From Pseudomonadota bacterium (GTDB lineage Bacteria; UBA10199; 2-02-FULL-44-16; JBDRGF01): 64,000 nucleotides of DNA. Shown piece after piece: positions 49,102-59,049 of the stretch. Location: positions 32,001 to 96,000 of the forward strand of contig JBDRGF010000033.1 of the NCBI GenBank assembly GCA_043818055.1. The letters are read 5' to 3'. A program made the position numbers and the translations under genes. Position 1 is the first letter of the stretch; every line of letters begins with the position of its first letter. The notes beneath the pieces were generated by a model, which saw nothing but the letters and a program-made list of their open reading frames with translations, searched no databases and was not told the origin of the DNA.

Positions 49102-50319
49102 TTACATAACCAAAAATTGCACCTGATCGCCCGATTTAAACCCATCTCTCTTTTCAGGGTAGAACACAAGAGCATTGCCTCTAGATAGAAGGCTTAAAGA
49201 CTGGGAGCTTTGGTTATCGAAGATTTCGAGGTTATATCGATCATCTTCAAGCTTATATCTTCCCATCAAAAATGAGGTTCTGTCTGACTTATATTTTAGA
49301 TCGGAAGTCAATATTCCCTCATAAAATTTCGGATAGCAATCCGCTGTATTCATTCCCGAGAGCCTGTCCACAACTCCCTTAACAACAACCTCACACAACA
49401 CAGCGACGGAGACCGGATTGCCGGGGAGGCCGAGAAAAACCTGATTATTTTTTTTCGCTAAGAGCAGAGGCCTGCCGGGCTTTATTTTGGCGCGCCAGAA
49501 GATGATCTTCCAACCGAGCTCTTCAAGGCATGGCCTAATATAGTCCCTCTCCCCCATCGAAACACCGCCGGTAGAAATTATCAAACCGTTCCCTAACAAC
49601 TCTGCTTTTTGAATTGTTTCTTTGAGCTTTTCCTTCGTATCACCAGCGTTGCCCATATATTTTACATCAATCCCCCACTCCCTGAATTTAAGATCGAGAA
49701 ATACTCTGTTACTATTGATAATCGCATCGCCTCTAGGATTCTCATCCACAATTTCGTCACCAGTTGTAAAAAAAACGACCTGGGGTTTTGGATAAACACT
49801 TAGATGCGTTATTCCTTGTGTATATAAGTTTGCGATGTCGGCGGGTTGAAGCCTTTTGTTTTTTGGAATTAGCGCGTCGCCCTTTTTTGTATCGTTGTCG
49901 AATTTACGAATATTCGCCCACGTTTTTGGCATGAAGTCGAAGTTAACTATGTTGCCATCACCCTTTGAGTTTTCAACAGGTATGACGGCGTTGCAGTTGG
50001 GAGGAATTCGGGCGCCGGTCATGATTTTCACGCAGCAGCCTGGAGGTATTTCGCCGTTGTAATTTTGTCCGGCAAACGACTCGTCGCTGACTCTGAACGC
50101 CTGTCGTTCAATTGGTGCATCGCTCTTGATGTCATGTGTGTTGATCGCCCAGCCATCCATGGCCGAGTTATCAAATCCCGGTACATCACGAAGGGTTTTG
50201 ATTTCAGCGCTCGTGACTAAACCGGCAGCTTCACTAACGGGAATCGATATTGGATTTCCCGGTTGAGCAGCATCGATGCATTCGTTTAGAACTTCTTTGT
50301 AGGTGATGTTTTGTTTCAT
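49102..50319 (-). CDS. moeA: Molybdopterin molybdenum/tungsten transferase
   Basis: FDNSAMDGWA, IMTGA, TGDE, TGGVSMGERD, KPGRP, LPGNPVS. Confidence 0.93.
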   Translation of the reverse strand: MKQNITYKEVLNECIDAAQPGNPISIPVSEAAGLVTSAEIKTLRDVPGFDNSAMDGWAINTHDIKSDAPIERQAFRVSDESFAGQNYNGEIPPGCCVKIMTGARIPPNCNAVIPVENSKGDGNIVNFDFMPKTWANIRKFDNDTKKGDALIPKNKRLQPADIANLYTQGITHLSVYPKPQVVFFTTGDEIVDENPRGDAIINSNRVFLDLKFREWGIDVKYMGNAGDTKEKLKETIQKAELLGNGLIISTGGVSMGERDYIRPCLEELGWKIIFWRAKIKPGRPLLLAKKNNQVFLGLPGNPVSVAVLCEVVVKGVVDRLSGMNTADCYPKFYEGILTSDLKYKSDRTSFLMGRYKLEDDRYNLEIFDNQSSQSLSLLSRGNALVFYPEKRDGFKSGDQVQFLVM

Positions 50320-50332
50320 AATTTCTTCTGTG

Positions 50333-50441
50333 GCTATTCGAAAATAGTATTAATGTAGGGGTCGGCCCCTGTGCCGACCCTTAAAAACGGGCAACCACAG
50401 GGGGTTGCCCCTACAAAAAACAAAACATATTTTCGAACAGC
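50333..50441. mobile_element. MITE-like element (14-bp IR, 1 mismatch) enclosing a GTAG-type REP doublet
   Basis: gctattcgaaaata / tattttcgaacagc; internal gtaggggtcggcccc...gcccctac at 50355-50414. Confidence 0.6.
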
Positions 50442-50450
50442 TTGAAGCGG

Positions 50451-50945
50451 TTACACCGTCTCATCTTTACAATCGCTCACCTCTCCCTTGAGCACTTTGA
50501 TCGCGTGGGGGAGGAGCGGTTTTAAAATTTCGAACGACTCAATGACGCTCTTTGGCTTCCCCGGCAGGTTTATTACGAGCGTCTTGCCGATCGTGCCCGC
50601 AACACCGCGCGTGATCGGGGCGTAGGGTGTGATTTTTAGGCTCTCCATCATAAGATATGTGATGATGTTGTCTGCCCGACGTTCCAAAAGGGAAAGGGTC
50701 ACCTCCGGCGTCCTGTCGCTTGGCGCAAATCCAGTACCACCACTAGTCAAAAGCAGATCGCACTCTCCCACCAGCCCTAAAATCCCTTCATTGATCCGCC
50801 TTTTTTCGTCCGGAACAACTTTAGTAGCAGAGAGGATAAAGACCTCATCCATTTCGATATGTTCTTCAAATAAAGGGATCGTTTCATCGGGGCGCGATCC
50901 GGTGAATGCCCTGTCGCTCACTATGAGAAGTCCAACTTTAATCAT
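50451..50945 (-). CDS. mog: Molybdopterin adenylyltransferase (MogA/MoaB family)
   Basis: VSDR, VPDE, TSGGTGFAPSDRTPE, NLPGKP. Confidence 0.88.
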   Translation of the reverse strand: MIKVGLLIVSDRAFTGSRPDETIPLFEEHIEMDEVFILSATKVVPDEKRRINEGILGLVGECDLLLTSGGTGFAPSDRTPEVTLSLLERRADNIITYLMMESLKITPYAPITRGVAGTIGKTLVINLPGKPKSVIESFEILKPLLPHAIKVLKGEVSDCKDETV

Positions 50946-50961
50946 AATATTTCCTCTAAAA

Positions 50962-51166
50962 TGTCATCCCTGCGAACAGACTGTGTCATAATTCAAATTT
51001 TACATATAATGTCATTCTGAGCGAAGCGAAGAATCTTGTGATTTCGGATACTTAAGATCCTTCACTTTGTTCAGGATGACACCAAAAACCAATTATGACA
51101 CAGTCTGGAAGGCAGGGATCCAGTCTTATGTCTATTATATGGATTCCCGCCTTCGCGGGAATGACA
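50962..51166. mobile_element. Nested repeat: REP interrupted by a 131-bp MITE (17-bp perfect IR, GAA target duplication) that itself contains a REP
   Basis: gcGAA|cagactgtgtcataatt...aattatgacacagtctg|GAAggcagggatcc. Confidence 0.8.
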
Positions 51167-51587
51167 ACAGGGGCACACCCTCTTTCACAACTCCACCCGT
51201 CACCACCTTTGCAAATACACCCTCTATCGGCATCACACAGGTGCCGACCGTTTTTGCGATGTGGCATGGATGATGGCATTCTTTGCCGATCTGGGTGATC
51301 TCAAGTTCGACCACATCACCTAATTTCAAACGTGTGCCGACGGGTAAGGTGTAAAGGGAGATGCCCTCTGTGATAACATTTTCGCCAAAGGCCCCAGCTG
51401 CAACCGTAATCCCCTTCTCAACAACTTTTTTTATGCTCTCCGAAGCGATGAGGCTCACCTGCCTCTCACTTCCCGCGTGTGCATCACCTTCAATGCCAAA
51501 GTCCTTAATGAACGTCACCTCATTGACAGGGGACTTCGTCGTTCCTTTTTTCAAACTCGTGCAGAGATTAACGACGGTAGCTGCCAC
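51135..51587 (-). CDS. MOSC-domain protein
   Basis: GIEGDAHAG..RQVSL, GAFGEN, TQIGKECH..C, CVMP.EGVFAKV. Confidence 0.88.
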   Translation of the reverse strand: MAATVVNLCTSLKKGTTKSPVNEVTFIKDFGIEGDAHAGSERQVSLIASESIKKVVEKGITVAAGAFGENVITEGISLYTLPVGTRLKLGDVVELEITQIGKECHHPCHIAKTVGTCVMPIEGVFAKVVTGGVVKEGVPLLSFPRRRESI

Positions 51588-52047
51588 TTGCACCTCCCTC
51601 TTTGCTGATGAGGCGCACCGGCCCAATCTCAATCCCTCTATCGAGTGCCTTGCACATATCGTATATGGTGAGCGCGGCGACAGAAACTCCTGTCAGCGCC
51701 TCCATCTCGACGCCTGTCTTGCCAGTTAGTTTAGATGTGCATGTGATTCGAATCTGGTCGACATCCTCGAGCACATCAAAGTTCAAGTCGATGTGTTCGA
51801 TCGACAGCGGATGACAAAGGGGGATCAGCTCCGCTGTCTTTTTCACCGCCTGAATGCCTGCGATTTTCGCGGTAGAGAGCACATCGCCCTTTTTCACATT
51901 GTTATCGACTATCGCTTTGAGCGTCTCTTTCGAGAGCTTCACAAAACCCTCTGCGGTAGCTATCCTGTAAGTATTCTGTTTATCCTGAACATCGACCATG
52001 GAGGCTTTCCCCTTCGCGTCGATATGAGTGAGACTTTCTTTCATCAT
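51568..52047 (-). CDS. moaC: Cyclic pyranopterin monophosphate synthase
   Basis: LTHID..G.ASMVDV, KKGDVL, LIPLCHP, TGVEMEAL, YDMCKA. Confidence 0.96.
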   Translation of the reverse strand: MMKESLTHIDAKGKASMVDVQDKQNTYRIATAEGFVKLSKETLKAIVDNNVKKGDVLSTAKIAGIQAVKKTAELIPLCHPLSIEHIDLNFDVLEDVDQIRITCTSKLTGKTGVEMEALTGVSVAALTIYDMCKALDRGIEIGPVRLISKEGGASGSYRR

Positions 52048-53012
52048 CCACCTACCTCTTTCATCGGGTGACATATTCTTTTCGGTTCTTCCAGCTTATC
52101 CCTTATCCTCTGAAGCTGATCACGCTTTAACGACACGATACTCTCAACACCTTGAGAGAGAAGCCTCTTATTTCCTATCATCTTTTTAAGATCTACGACT
52201 TCGCTGGATCGCAGACATGTCTTTGCGACCCCCTTTGATGTGAGGCGCAGCTTCGCACAATCGTCGCAGAATTTGTCGGAGTTTGGTGAAATAAAACCGA
52301 TCGACCCCAAGGCCTCCGGAATACGAAAGACCTTCACATGCGTCCCATCGTTGGATCTGATGGATGACATAAGCTCACCGAATTCACTTATCAGAATTTT
52401 TTTAATCTCATCGCTTGAGATAAAGCGTCTGCTCCACTCTTCGTCTGATTCGCCCTGTTGCATAAGCTCGATGAAACGAAGGTTGATCTTGTGAGCAGTT
52501 GTGAGTTTTGATAGCTTCACTATCTCAGATTCGTTGACCCCTTTTATAATGACCGTATTCAGCTTGATCGGCGAAAAACCAATTTTAAGCGCCTCTTCAA
52601 CCGAACCCCAAACATCTCCTAAGAGATCCTGTCCTGAGAGCTCTCGATAGATCTTCTCACACAGCGCATCGAGGCTGAACGTGATGCGCTTCAAACCCGC
52701 GGCGTATAGATCTTTGAGATAAGGCCTTGCAAGCGTCCCATTTGTGGTGATCGATATATCCGTGAGGGGTAATTTTTTAAGCTGACCTATAAAATCTACG
52801 AGCCCCTCTCTGCAGAATGGCTCACCGCCGGTGATCTTGACGCGATGAATGCCGTGCTTTGAAAATTCTCCAACGATCTCGTAAAGTTCATCCCACGAGA
52901 GATAGTCGTCACTAATCTGTTTCTCACGTTTATTAGGTGAGCAATAGAGACAGTTGAGATTGCAATAATCGGTCACGGATATCCGCAATGTGTCTATTTT
53001 AAGAGCTTTCAT
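52044..53012 (-). CDS. moaA: GTP 3',8-cyclase
   Basis: LRISVTDYCNLNCLYC, TGGEP, RFIELM, FCDDC..LRL...CL, C-terminal GG. Confidence 0.93.
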   Translation of the reverse strand: MKALKIDTLRISVTDYCNLNCLYCSPNKREKQISDDYLSWDELYEIVGEFSKHGIHRVKITGGEPFCREGLVDFIGQLKKLPLTDISITTNGTLARPYLKDLYAAGLKRITFSLDALCEKIYRELSGQDLLGDVWGSVEEALKIGFSPIKLNTVIIKGVNESEIVKLSKLTTAHKINLRFIELMQQGESDEEWSRRFISSDEIKKILISEFGELMSSIRSNDGTHVKVFRIPEALGSIGFISPNSDKFCDDCAKLRLTSKGVAKTCLRSSEVVDLKKMIGNKRLLSQGVESIVSLKRDQLQRIRDKLEEPKRICHPMKEVGG

Positions 53013-53111
53013 GGCGACAATGGGAATAGCATATGCATGATATGATGCAAGAGGAGAATCTCTTGAAGAGAGCAAAATTTCGCAAAAGATGCTTGTTTTT
53101 TTCTTTTTTTC

Positions 53112-54914
53112 ATGAAAAAGCCTAAAACCCTTAAGGCGCAAACATCAACGAGCAGTATAACTGCCGCCAAGGAGAACAACATGGCATTTTTATCAACACG
53201 AATATCCCCATCGGTAATACAACGTATGCGAGAGGTGGCGCCACCCGAAATGAGCGCCCATCTTTTAAGCCTCTCCATGACCAAATTATCAAACGCGCTG
53301 TTATCCTCTGGAAAACCGCTCAAAGCGACCTTATACGGAACATGCCTTGAAAATGCCGGCTGTGGCACAAGCTGTGATTCGATTCTGCTTAACACTCCGG
53401 ATCGCGTCTTTCATGACCTGAATTGTCTGCTACAAGGTATAAAGGATTCAAAGATCAGGGAATGCGACATACGCACCCTTACAGAAGGGGTTTCGATTGC
53501 AGATATCTCGGGGGATTATATTCCACAAGCCCTCGTCTTTCAGACCTTTGGAGCCTTAACACTTTTTGCCTTCGATGAGTTGATCGGATCCTATCTGGCA
53601 AAAGAGATGAGTTCTATGGCGCGCATGTTCGAACAGATAGCTACCGCAGAGGATTATAACTTCTCCAATGACGTACTGATGCAACACCTCAAAAAAATTG
53701 GCAATATCCAATTTTTATTTCATGAAATACAAAACTGTGACAGAAATTCGCTTGCGTTCAGAACACATATAGTAGGTGCGCACCTAGTCTCTCTTACGAT
53801 ACAACTATTTCATCCCGAACCTTTTCTATTTAAAACTGCGCTTCTCGATAAACTTGAATACATTTCCTTAGAAGATGCAGTTGTGCATGTAACCGACATA
53901 CTCGAAGAGGTTCATCGAAAAATTCCAGCAAAAATTGTGGGCGTCAGAGGTTTTCATTCAATCAAAGAGGCCTTAATTATGGGACTCAAAAAACAAATGA
54001 AAAATATTAAAAAGGATTTAACGCCTGACGAAAAGAGAATTTTCGACCCAAATCAGGTTCGCATGCACGTCGACGAATATGGACGCATTTTCTTTCAAAT
54101 AAATGGCTTTGGCGGTTACGGGAGTAAAATCATTCTTGAGGTTCAACACAAAAAAAATGGTGAACACCCCTTCCTAGATCTACGTTTTCATCCATTTCCA
54201 TCGACACTTACAAGACTATCCAGGCCGTGCGATCTCGAACAGATGGAAAGCTATAGAAATGGCAACAGCAGATCGATGGCAATAAAAACTGGCATATTCA
54301 GTCGATACGTCTCTACCTTCAACTTTAATATCAAGCCAAAAGATGTTACTGAAGCGCTCGATAACTATACAAAACGGTTTCGTCAAAGCAAAGGTATTAA
54401 ACCTTTCATAATTCAATTCAAATGGAATACTCCGAGCAGCAACGATCAACACGGCATTTCATTGCCAGCTAATGTATTTCTCGCTGGCCAACAGAAACCA
54501 GTTTTAGGGGAATTTTTGATCAAACGTGATAAAGATGGCAAAGAACACTGCCTTTTTATAGATTCAGAGGAGCTCGCTGCCACAGCCAAGTCTGATATTT
54601 TAGAGATCGAAGTGGACAGCATGATATACGACAACACTCCGTTGATACAGCTTCTCAAAAAAGCTTTATACCCGATGGGAATAACAGAAGAATCAGAGAT
54701 CGAAGAGAGCATCTATTTGTTCTTCAGAACAATTCATAAATATCTCGAAGAGCGCATAGATATGACGAATAGAAACATCGGAGAGTTTCAATATAAAACA
54801 TCGTATCAAGACGACCAAACTACGATTCAGATTTTTGACAATGGCAATATTGTACTCAAGATCGACATTTGCATCAATGATGAGGAGATCATACTAACAC
54901 CTCTTGATCTGTAA
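53112..54914 (+). CDS. Hypothetical protein (600 aa)
   Basis: Long ORF with no recognised motif; start uncertain. Confidence 0.6.
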   Translation: MKKPKTLKAQTSTSSITAAKENNMAFLSTRISPSVIQRMREVAPPEMSAHLLSLSMTKLSNALLSSGKPLKATLYGTCLENAGCGTSCDSILLNTPDRVFHDLNCLLQGIKDSKIRECDIRTLTEGVSIADISGDYIPQALVFQTFGALTLFAFDELIGSYLAKEMSSMARMFEQIATAEDYNFSNDVLMQHLKKIGNIQFLFHEIQNCDRNSLAFRTHIVGAHLVSLTIQLFHPEPFLFKTALLDKLEYISLEDAVVHVTDILEEVHRKIPAKIVGVRGFHSIKEALIMGLKKQMKNIKKDLTPDEKRIFDPNQVRMHVDEYGRIFFQINGFGGYGSKIILEVQHKKNGEHPFLDLRFHPFPSTLTRLSRPCDLEQMESYRNGNSRSMAIKTGIFSRYVSTFNFNIKPKDVTEALDNYTKRFRQSKGIKPFIIQFKWNTPSSNDQHGISLPANVFLAGQQKPVLGEFLIKRDKDGKEHCLFIDSEELAATAKSDILEIEVDSMIYDNTPLIQLLKKALYPMGITEESEIEESIYLFFRTIHKYLEERIDMTNRNIGEFQYKTSYQDDQTTIQIFDNGNIVLKIDICINDEEIILTPLDL

Positions 54915-54965
54915 AACGCTTTAGATTGATTTTGTAATTGGATTAACTTAAGTTATCTATCGCTT

Positions 54966-55745
54966 ATGGAAAATTTTATCAAACAAATTGTGAACCACTA
55001 TGACGACGGTGATCTTTCAGAAAAAACACGTCAGATTGTCGTTGAGGAGCCGCTAGAGATTCATGTTCAGGGAAAACCTTATTCCATATTGATGCGCACG
55101 CCTGGAGATGAATTGGCGCTTGTTGCCGGTTTTTGTTTGAGCGAAGGGTTGATTGATAGCCATGACGACCTTTCATCGATCGGCTATTGCAAGGATATCG
55201 ATAGCAACAGGATTCTAGTTCAGCTCACTGAAAAGAGGGAAAAGCTCGTTTCAAAGCTCCTCCAAAGAAGCTCTTTCAGATCACAAACCAGCTGTGGTCT
55301 TTGTGGCAAGGAGATGATAGACGATATCTGCACAGAGTTTAATAAAATCGAAAAAATTAATGTTAAACCAGAAATATTGATAAGACTTCAGGATGATCTT
55401 AAAAAGAGACAAAAACTTTTCAAAGAGACAGGCGGAACACATGGCGCTCTGATATCCGACGCGGATGGAATTTTTTTGTCCTTTGCAGAGGATGTCGGGC
55501 GTCATAACGCATTCGATAAAGCGATCGGCAATCTCATTTTGGAGAAAAAACTGAATAAAGCAAAGATAGCCTTGCTATCGAGCAGGGGAAGTTTCGAGAT
55601 GATTCAAAAAGCCGCTCGCGCCAACATTCCGGTTGTCGTTTGCGTATCGGCCCCGACGAGCCTTGCCATAGAGCTGGCAAAAAAGGCGGGCGTTAAACTG
55701 ATAGGTTTTTTAAGAGGCAATAGTTACAATATTTATTGCGATTGA
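54966..55745 (+). CDS. fdhD: Formate dehydrogenase accessory sulfurtransferase
   Basis: EEPLEI, MRTPG, SCGLCG, TGGTH, EDVGRHNAFDK, SAPTSLA. Confidence 0.95.
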   Translation: MENFIKQIVNHYDDGDLSEKTRQIVVEEPLEIHVQGKPYSILMRTPGDELALVAGFCLSEGLIDSHDDLSSIGYCKDIDSNRILVQLTEKREKLVSKLLQRSSFRSQTSCGLCGKEMIDDICTEFNKIEKINVKPEILIRLQDDLKKRQKLFKETGGTHGALISDADGIFLSFAEDVGRHNAFDKAIGNLILEKKLNKAKIALLSSRGSFEMIQKAARANIPVVVCVSAPTSLAIELAKKAGVKLIGFLRGNSYNIYCD

Positions 55746-56098
55746 GTTCTTTTTTTGAATATCACAACACCATGAGGAGACATCAATGATACAAAGAGGT
55801 TGCGATCCACTTCGAATCATCTCTGCCAATACGCTCAGAGCTTCGCCACTTGGAGAGGCTCTTTTTTCCATTGTTGCTTACGATCATAAAGATTTGGAAT
55901 TATATAGAAATGCTGCTTTTTTTGATCAGAACGAACCCTACAACAAAAGATTTAGACATCAAACTTGGATTAGAAAGTTTGCACAACATTCAAAACGAAG
56001 CTCTGAATTCGGTATTCGGAGGAACGGTGACATTTTCGCAGATACAATTCCCCCTTCTATGTCCACTGACTGGAAAGATCACAATCGGCTGGAGGAGT

Positions 56099-57643
56099 TC
56101 AGATTTTACCAACCTTGTTCTTTAGTGCTTTTTTGTTTTTAAGTCCGTTCACAAATTCCTGCCACTGCACCGATCCAAAAAACTCCTTCAGGTCATCTGT
56201 AGTCTTTCGCGCCTTCAACTGAAAGTTTTGACTTACACTTTGAAGACCTGTTTCGGTCGATTGATACATCTCCTTCAGATGGTTCTGAAATCCTTTGGTG
56301 GCCTTTTTAGCCTTTTTCGACATGCGATATCCATACGACCTCACCGCCATCGTTATAACATCGAAGCGATTCAAACAGGCAAAAAGTCTTGGGATTGAAT
56401 AGAATCGTATCATCGCTCTGACCGTCTCCTTTTGAAGTTCAAACATGCTGATCTTCTTGGGCTTAAATACCACATGATGCGCATCATAATATCCCCAGTC
56501 GCGGGAGATGAGTCGCCCCTCCGCCTCCATCTTGTTAAAGACTGGAGTTCCCGGCAGTGGGGTCAGGATTAAAAACTGCACGGTCGTTAAATCAATTTTT
56601 TTAGCAAATTTTAGCGTCTCTTTGATCGTATTCCTATCGTCATCATCTGCGCCAAAGATGAACATGCCGTGAGTTTTGATACCCGCTTTTTTTATGATAC
56701 CGATTGCCTTCTCGATCTCCTCCACAGTCTGCCCTTTATTTAGAGCCTTCAGAGTCTTGGGATTGGCCGACTCGAGACCTATATAGACGTAATGACAATT
56801 TGACTCCTTCATGAGAGTTAGCAGTTCTTCGTCCCATGCGATATCGATTCTCACTTGAGACATCCATCGCGGTGTTATTTTTTGTTTGATCATCTCACGC
56901 AGAAGCTCCTTCGTCCTCTCCTTGTTGGCCGCGAAGTTGTCATCATAGAAAAAGACCCATTCTGGTTTCTTCGCTTTGAGTTCGGCAATAACCCTTTGAG
57001 TCGAACGAAATCTATAACGGCGGCCGAACATCTGAGTCACCGAGCAGAAGTTGCAGCCGAACGGACATCCTCTGGATGTGATGACTGGCGTGACGCTTAA
57101 ATCCTTATCCTCTATCCCCTTCCCTTTGATCAAAGTTAGATCGGGATCGGGCAACGAATCGAGTTCAGGGCATGTTGTCGGCAAAGGATTTTCATGATAG
57201 ATCTTGCCGATATTATATGAAAGGCCAGCCACATTTTCAAAACCGCTATTTTTATTCAACGCCTCGATAAATGGGATGATGGTCTCTTCAGCCTCGCCGC
57301 GCAAAACAAAATCGCAGTGTTTGAGCGCCTCTTTGGGAAGAAACGAAACATGAGGTCCACCCATGAATACAGGGATACCGGCCAGTCTTGCCTGACGCGC
57401 CATCTCATAGGCCCTTGGGGCCGTGGATGTGATCGTCGAGATGCCAACAGCATCTGCAGTCAACACATCCTCAAAATCGATCCCCTTATAATCTTCGACA
57501 TAAACGAGAGCATCGTATCCGGCATTTTTAAGGATAGTCGCAAGCTGAACAGTTCCAAGGCGAGGCAACCCCCACTTAGAGTAAACATGCGACCCGGGCG
57601 ATTTTGGTTCGAGGAAAATGATCTTATTAAGCACTTGTTTCAT
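56099..57643 (-). CDS. Cobalamin-binding radical SAM protein
   Basis: LPRLG, GGPHVS, GEAE, TSRGCPFGCNFC, FYDDNF, IGLES, TPLPGT. Confidence 0.88.
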   Translation of the reverse strand: MKQVLNKIIFLEPKSPGSHVYSKWGLPRLGTVQLATILKNAGYDALVYVEDYKGIDFEDVLTADAVGISTITSTAPRAYEMARQARLAGIPVFMGGPHVSFLPKEALKHCDFVLRGEAEETIIPFIEALNKNSGFENVAGLSYNIGKIYHENPLPTTCPELDSLPDPDLTLIKGKGIEDKDLSVTPVITSRGCPFGCNFCSVTQMFGRRYRFRSTQRVIAELKAKKPEWVFFYDDNFAANKERTKELLREMIKQKITPRWMSQVRIDIAWDEELLTLMKESNCHYVYIGLESANPKTLKALNKGQTVEEIEKAIGIIKKAGIKTHGMFIFGADDDDRNTIKETLKFAKKIDLTTVQFLILTPLPGTPVFNKMEAEGRLISRDWGYYDAHHVVFKPKKISMFELQKETVRAMIRFYSIPRLFACLNRFDVITMAVRSYGYRMSKKAKKATKGFQNHLKEMYQSTETGLQSVSQNFQLKARKTTDDLKEFFGSVQWQEFVNGLKNKKALKNKVGKI

Positions 57644-57690
57644 ATTTTAAGTTTATACCTTAGTAGCATCATTATACTTAATCTGGAATG

Positions 57691-57753
57691 TTATGCGCTA
57701 TGAGCTTTGCGCCGTGCGTTTTAAACACAGAGCGCATGACGCATAGCCTAGCA
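57691..57753. repeat. 7-mer-repeat hairpin (TATGCGC/GCGCATA family); near-copy at 34831-34899
   Basis: tatgcgctatgagctttgcgccgtgcgttttaaa...gcgcatgacgcatagc vs tgtgcgctatgggctttgcgccatgcgttttaaaagcgcatagcgcac. Confidence 0.65.
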
Positions 57754-57754
57754 C

Positions 57755-58852
57755 TTAATTTGCAAATCGAAATTGAATAATATCACCATCTCTGACTATA
57801 TAGTCGTGTCCCTCTATGCGAAGCAACCCTTTTTCTTTTAACACATGTTCATCATTGAACTTCATCAATTCTGAATAATTATAGACAATCGCTTTTACAA
57901 AACCCTTTTCGAAATCTGTATGAATCTTTCCTGCGGCTTGGGGCGCCTTTGTCCCGCTTTCCACCGTCCAAGCCTTCACCTCGGAACTCTCCTTTGTAAA
58001 GAAAGTAACAAGATTGAGGAGCGAGTATCCTGCGCGTATTATCTCCTCGAGGCTCGAATGCTCAATTCCGAGCTCCTTTCTGTAAGCAGCCCTCTCGCCG
58101 GCGGGTAGATCGGCAATCTCCTCCTCTATCTCCGCTGATATTTTCAGAAGTTGATCGCTGCGCTTGTTACAGAACGCTTCAAGCGCTTTCAAAGCAGGTC
58201 CACCATCGTTCAATTCGCTCTCACCGATATTGGCTATGAAAAAGACCGGTTTATCAGTGATCGTTGCAATCTCAACACCCTCGATTTTAAGTTCATGAAT
58301 GATTCCGGCACAATTCTTGAGCAGCCGCCCCTCTTCGAGAGTTTGTTTTAAAATTCCCATCTGTTCAAGCTGGTGCTTGATCCTTTTATCGCCACTTTTT
58401 GCGGATTTTAAAATCCTGTCCAGCTGCTTATTGATAATTTCGAGATCGGCCAGCATCATCTCGGTTTCAACGACACCGACATCCCTAACGGGATCGACGC
58501 TCTCATACTGATGAGGAATATCCGGATTCTCAAAACACCTCACAACATGCGCGATGGCATCTACATTTCTGATATTCCCTAAAAATTTATTCCCCAGCCC
58601 CTCTCCCTTGTGCGCACCGGCAACGAGACCGGCGATATCGACGAATTCTATATGAGTGTTTACAACCCGATCAGGTTTGAATATCTTTGCTATATCGTCG
58701 AGACGCACATCCGGCACACTCACCACACCCGTATTGTGATCGGTGGTGCAAAAGGGATAGCTCTCCGCCGGCACATGCTGCGCCGTCAAAGCATTGAAAA
58801 TAGTAGATTTACCGACATTCGGAAGACCTACTATGCCACAGTTAAAGCCCAT
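57755..58852 (-). CDS. ychF: Redox-regulated ATPase YchF
   Basis: GIVGLPNVGKST.FNALT, DIAGLV.GA..GEGLGNKFL, AAGKIHTDFEKGF. Confidence 0.96.
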   Translation of the reverse strand: MGFNCGIVGLPNVGKSTIFNALTAQHVPAESYPFCTTDHNTGVVSVPDVRLDDIAKIFKPDRVVNTHIEFVDIAGLVAGAHKGEGLGNKFLGNIRNVDAIAHVVRCFENPDIPHQYESVDPVRDVGVVETEMMLADLEIINKQLDRILKSAKSGDKRIKHQLEQMGILKQTLEEGRLLKNCAGIIHELKIEGVEIATITDKPVFFIANIGESELNDGGPALKALEAFCNKRSDQLLKISAEIEEEIADLPAGERAAYRKELGIEHSSLEEIIRAGYSLLNLVTFFTKESSEVKAWTVESGTKAPQAAGKIHTDFEKGFVKAIVYNYSELMKFNDEHVLKEKGLLRIEGHDYIVRDGDIIQFRFAN

Positions 58853-59049
58853 ACACTTCTTCATGCCCTAATTGAAATCAGATGACAAGCAGTGAGGTGA
58901 ATTCATTATAAATAGCCAATTATCAATTTCTAATTAACAATTTATATGAGGATGTTTTTTAATTGGATATTGAATATTGTTAATTGGATATTGCTTTATA
59001 AAGCTAATTGTCCCTTGTAATCAGCAAAATATGTGTTAATCAATCTCTT

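Noticed and set aside
55786..56142. Small ORF(s) after fdhD
   Set aside because: An RBS-like gaggag is present, but there are two competing overlapping frames, overlap with the convergent gene and no motif; cannot be called
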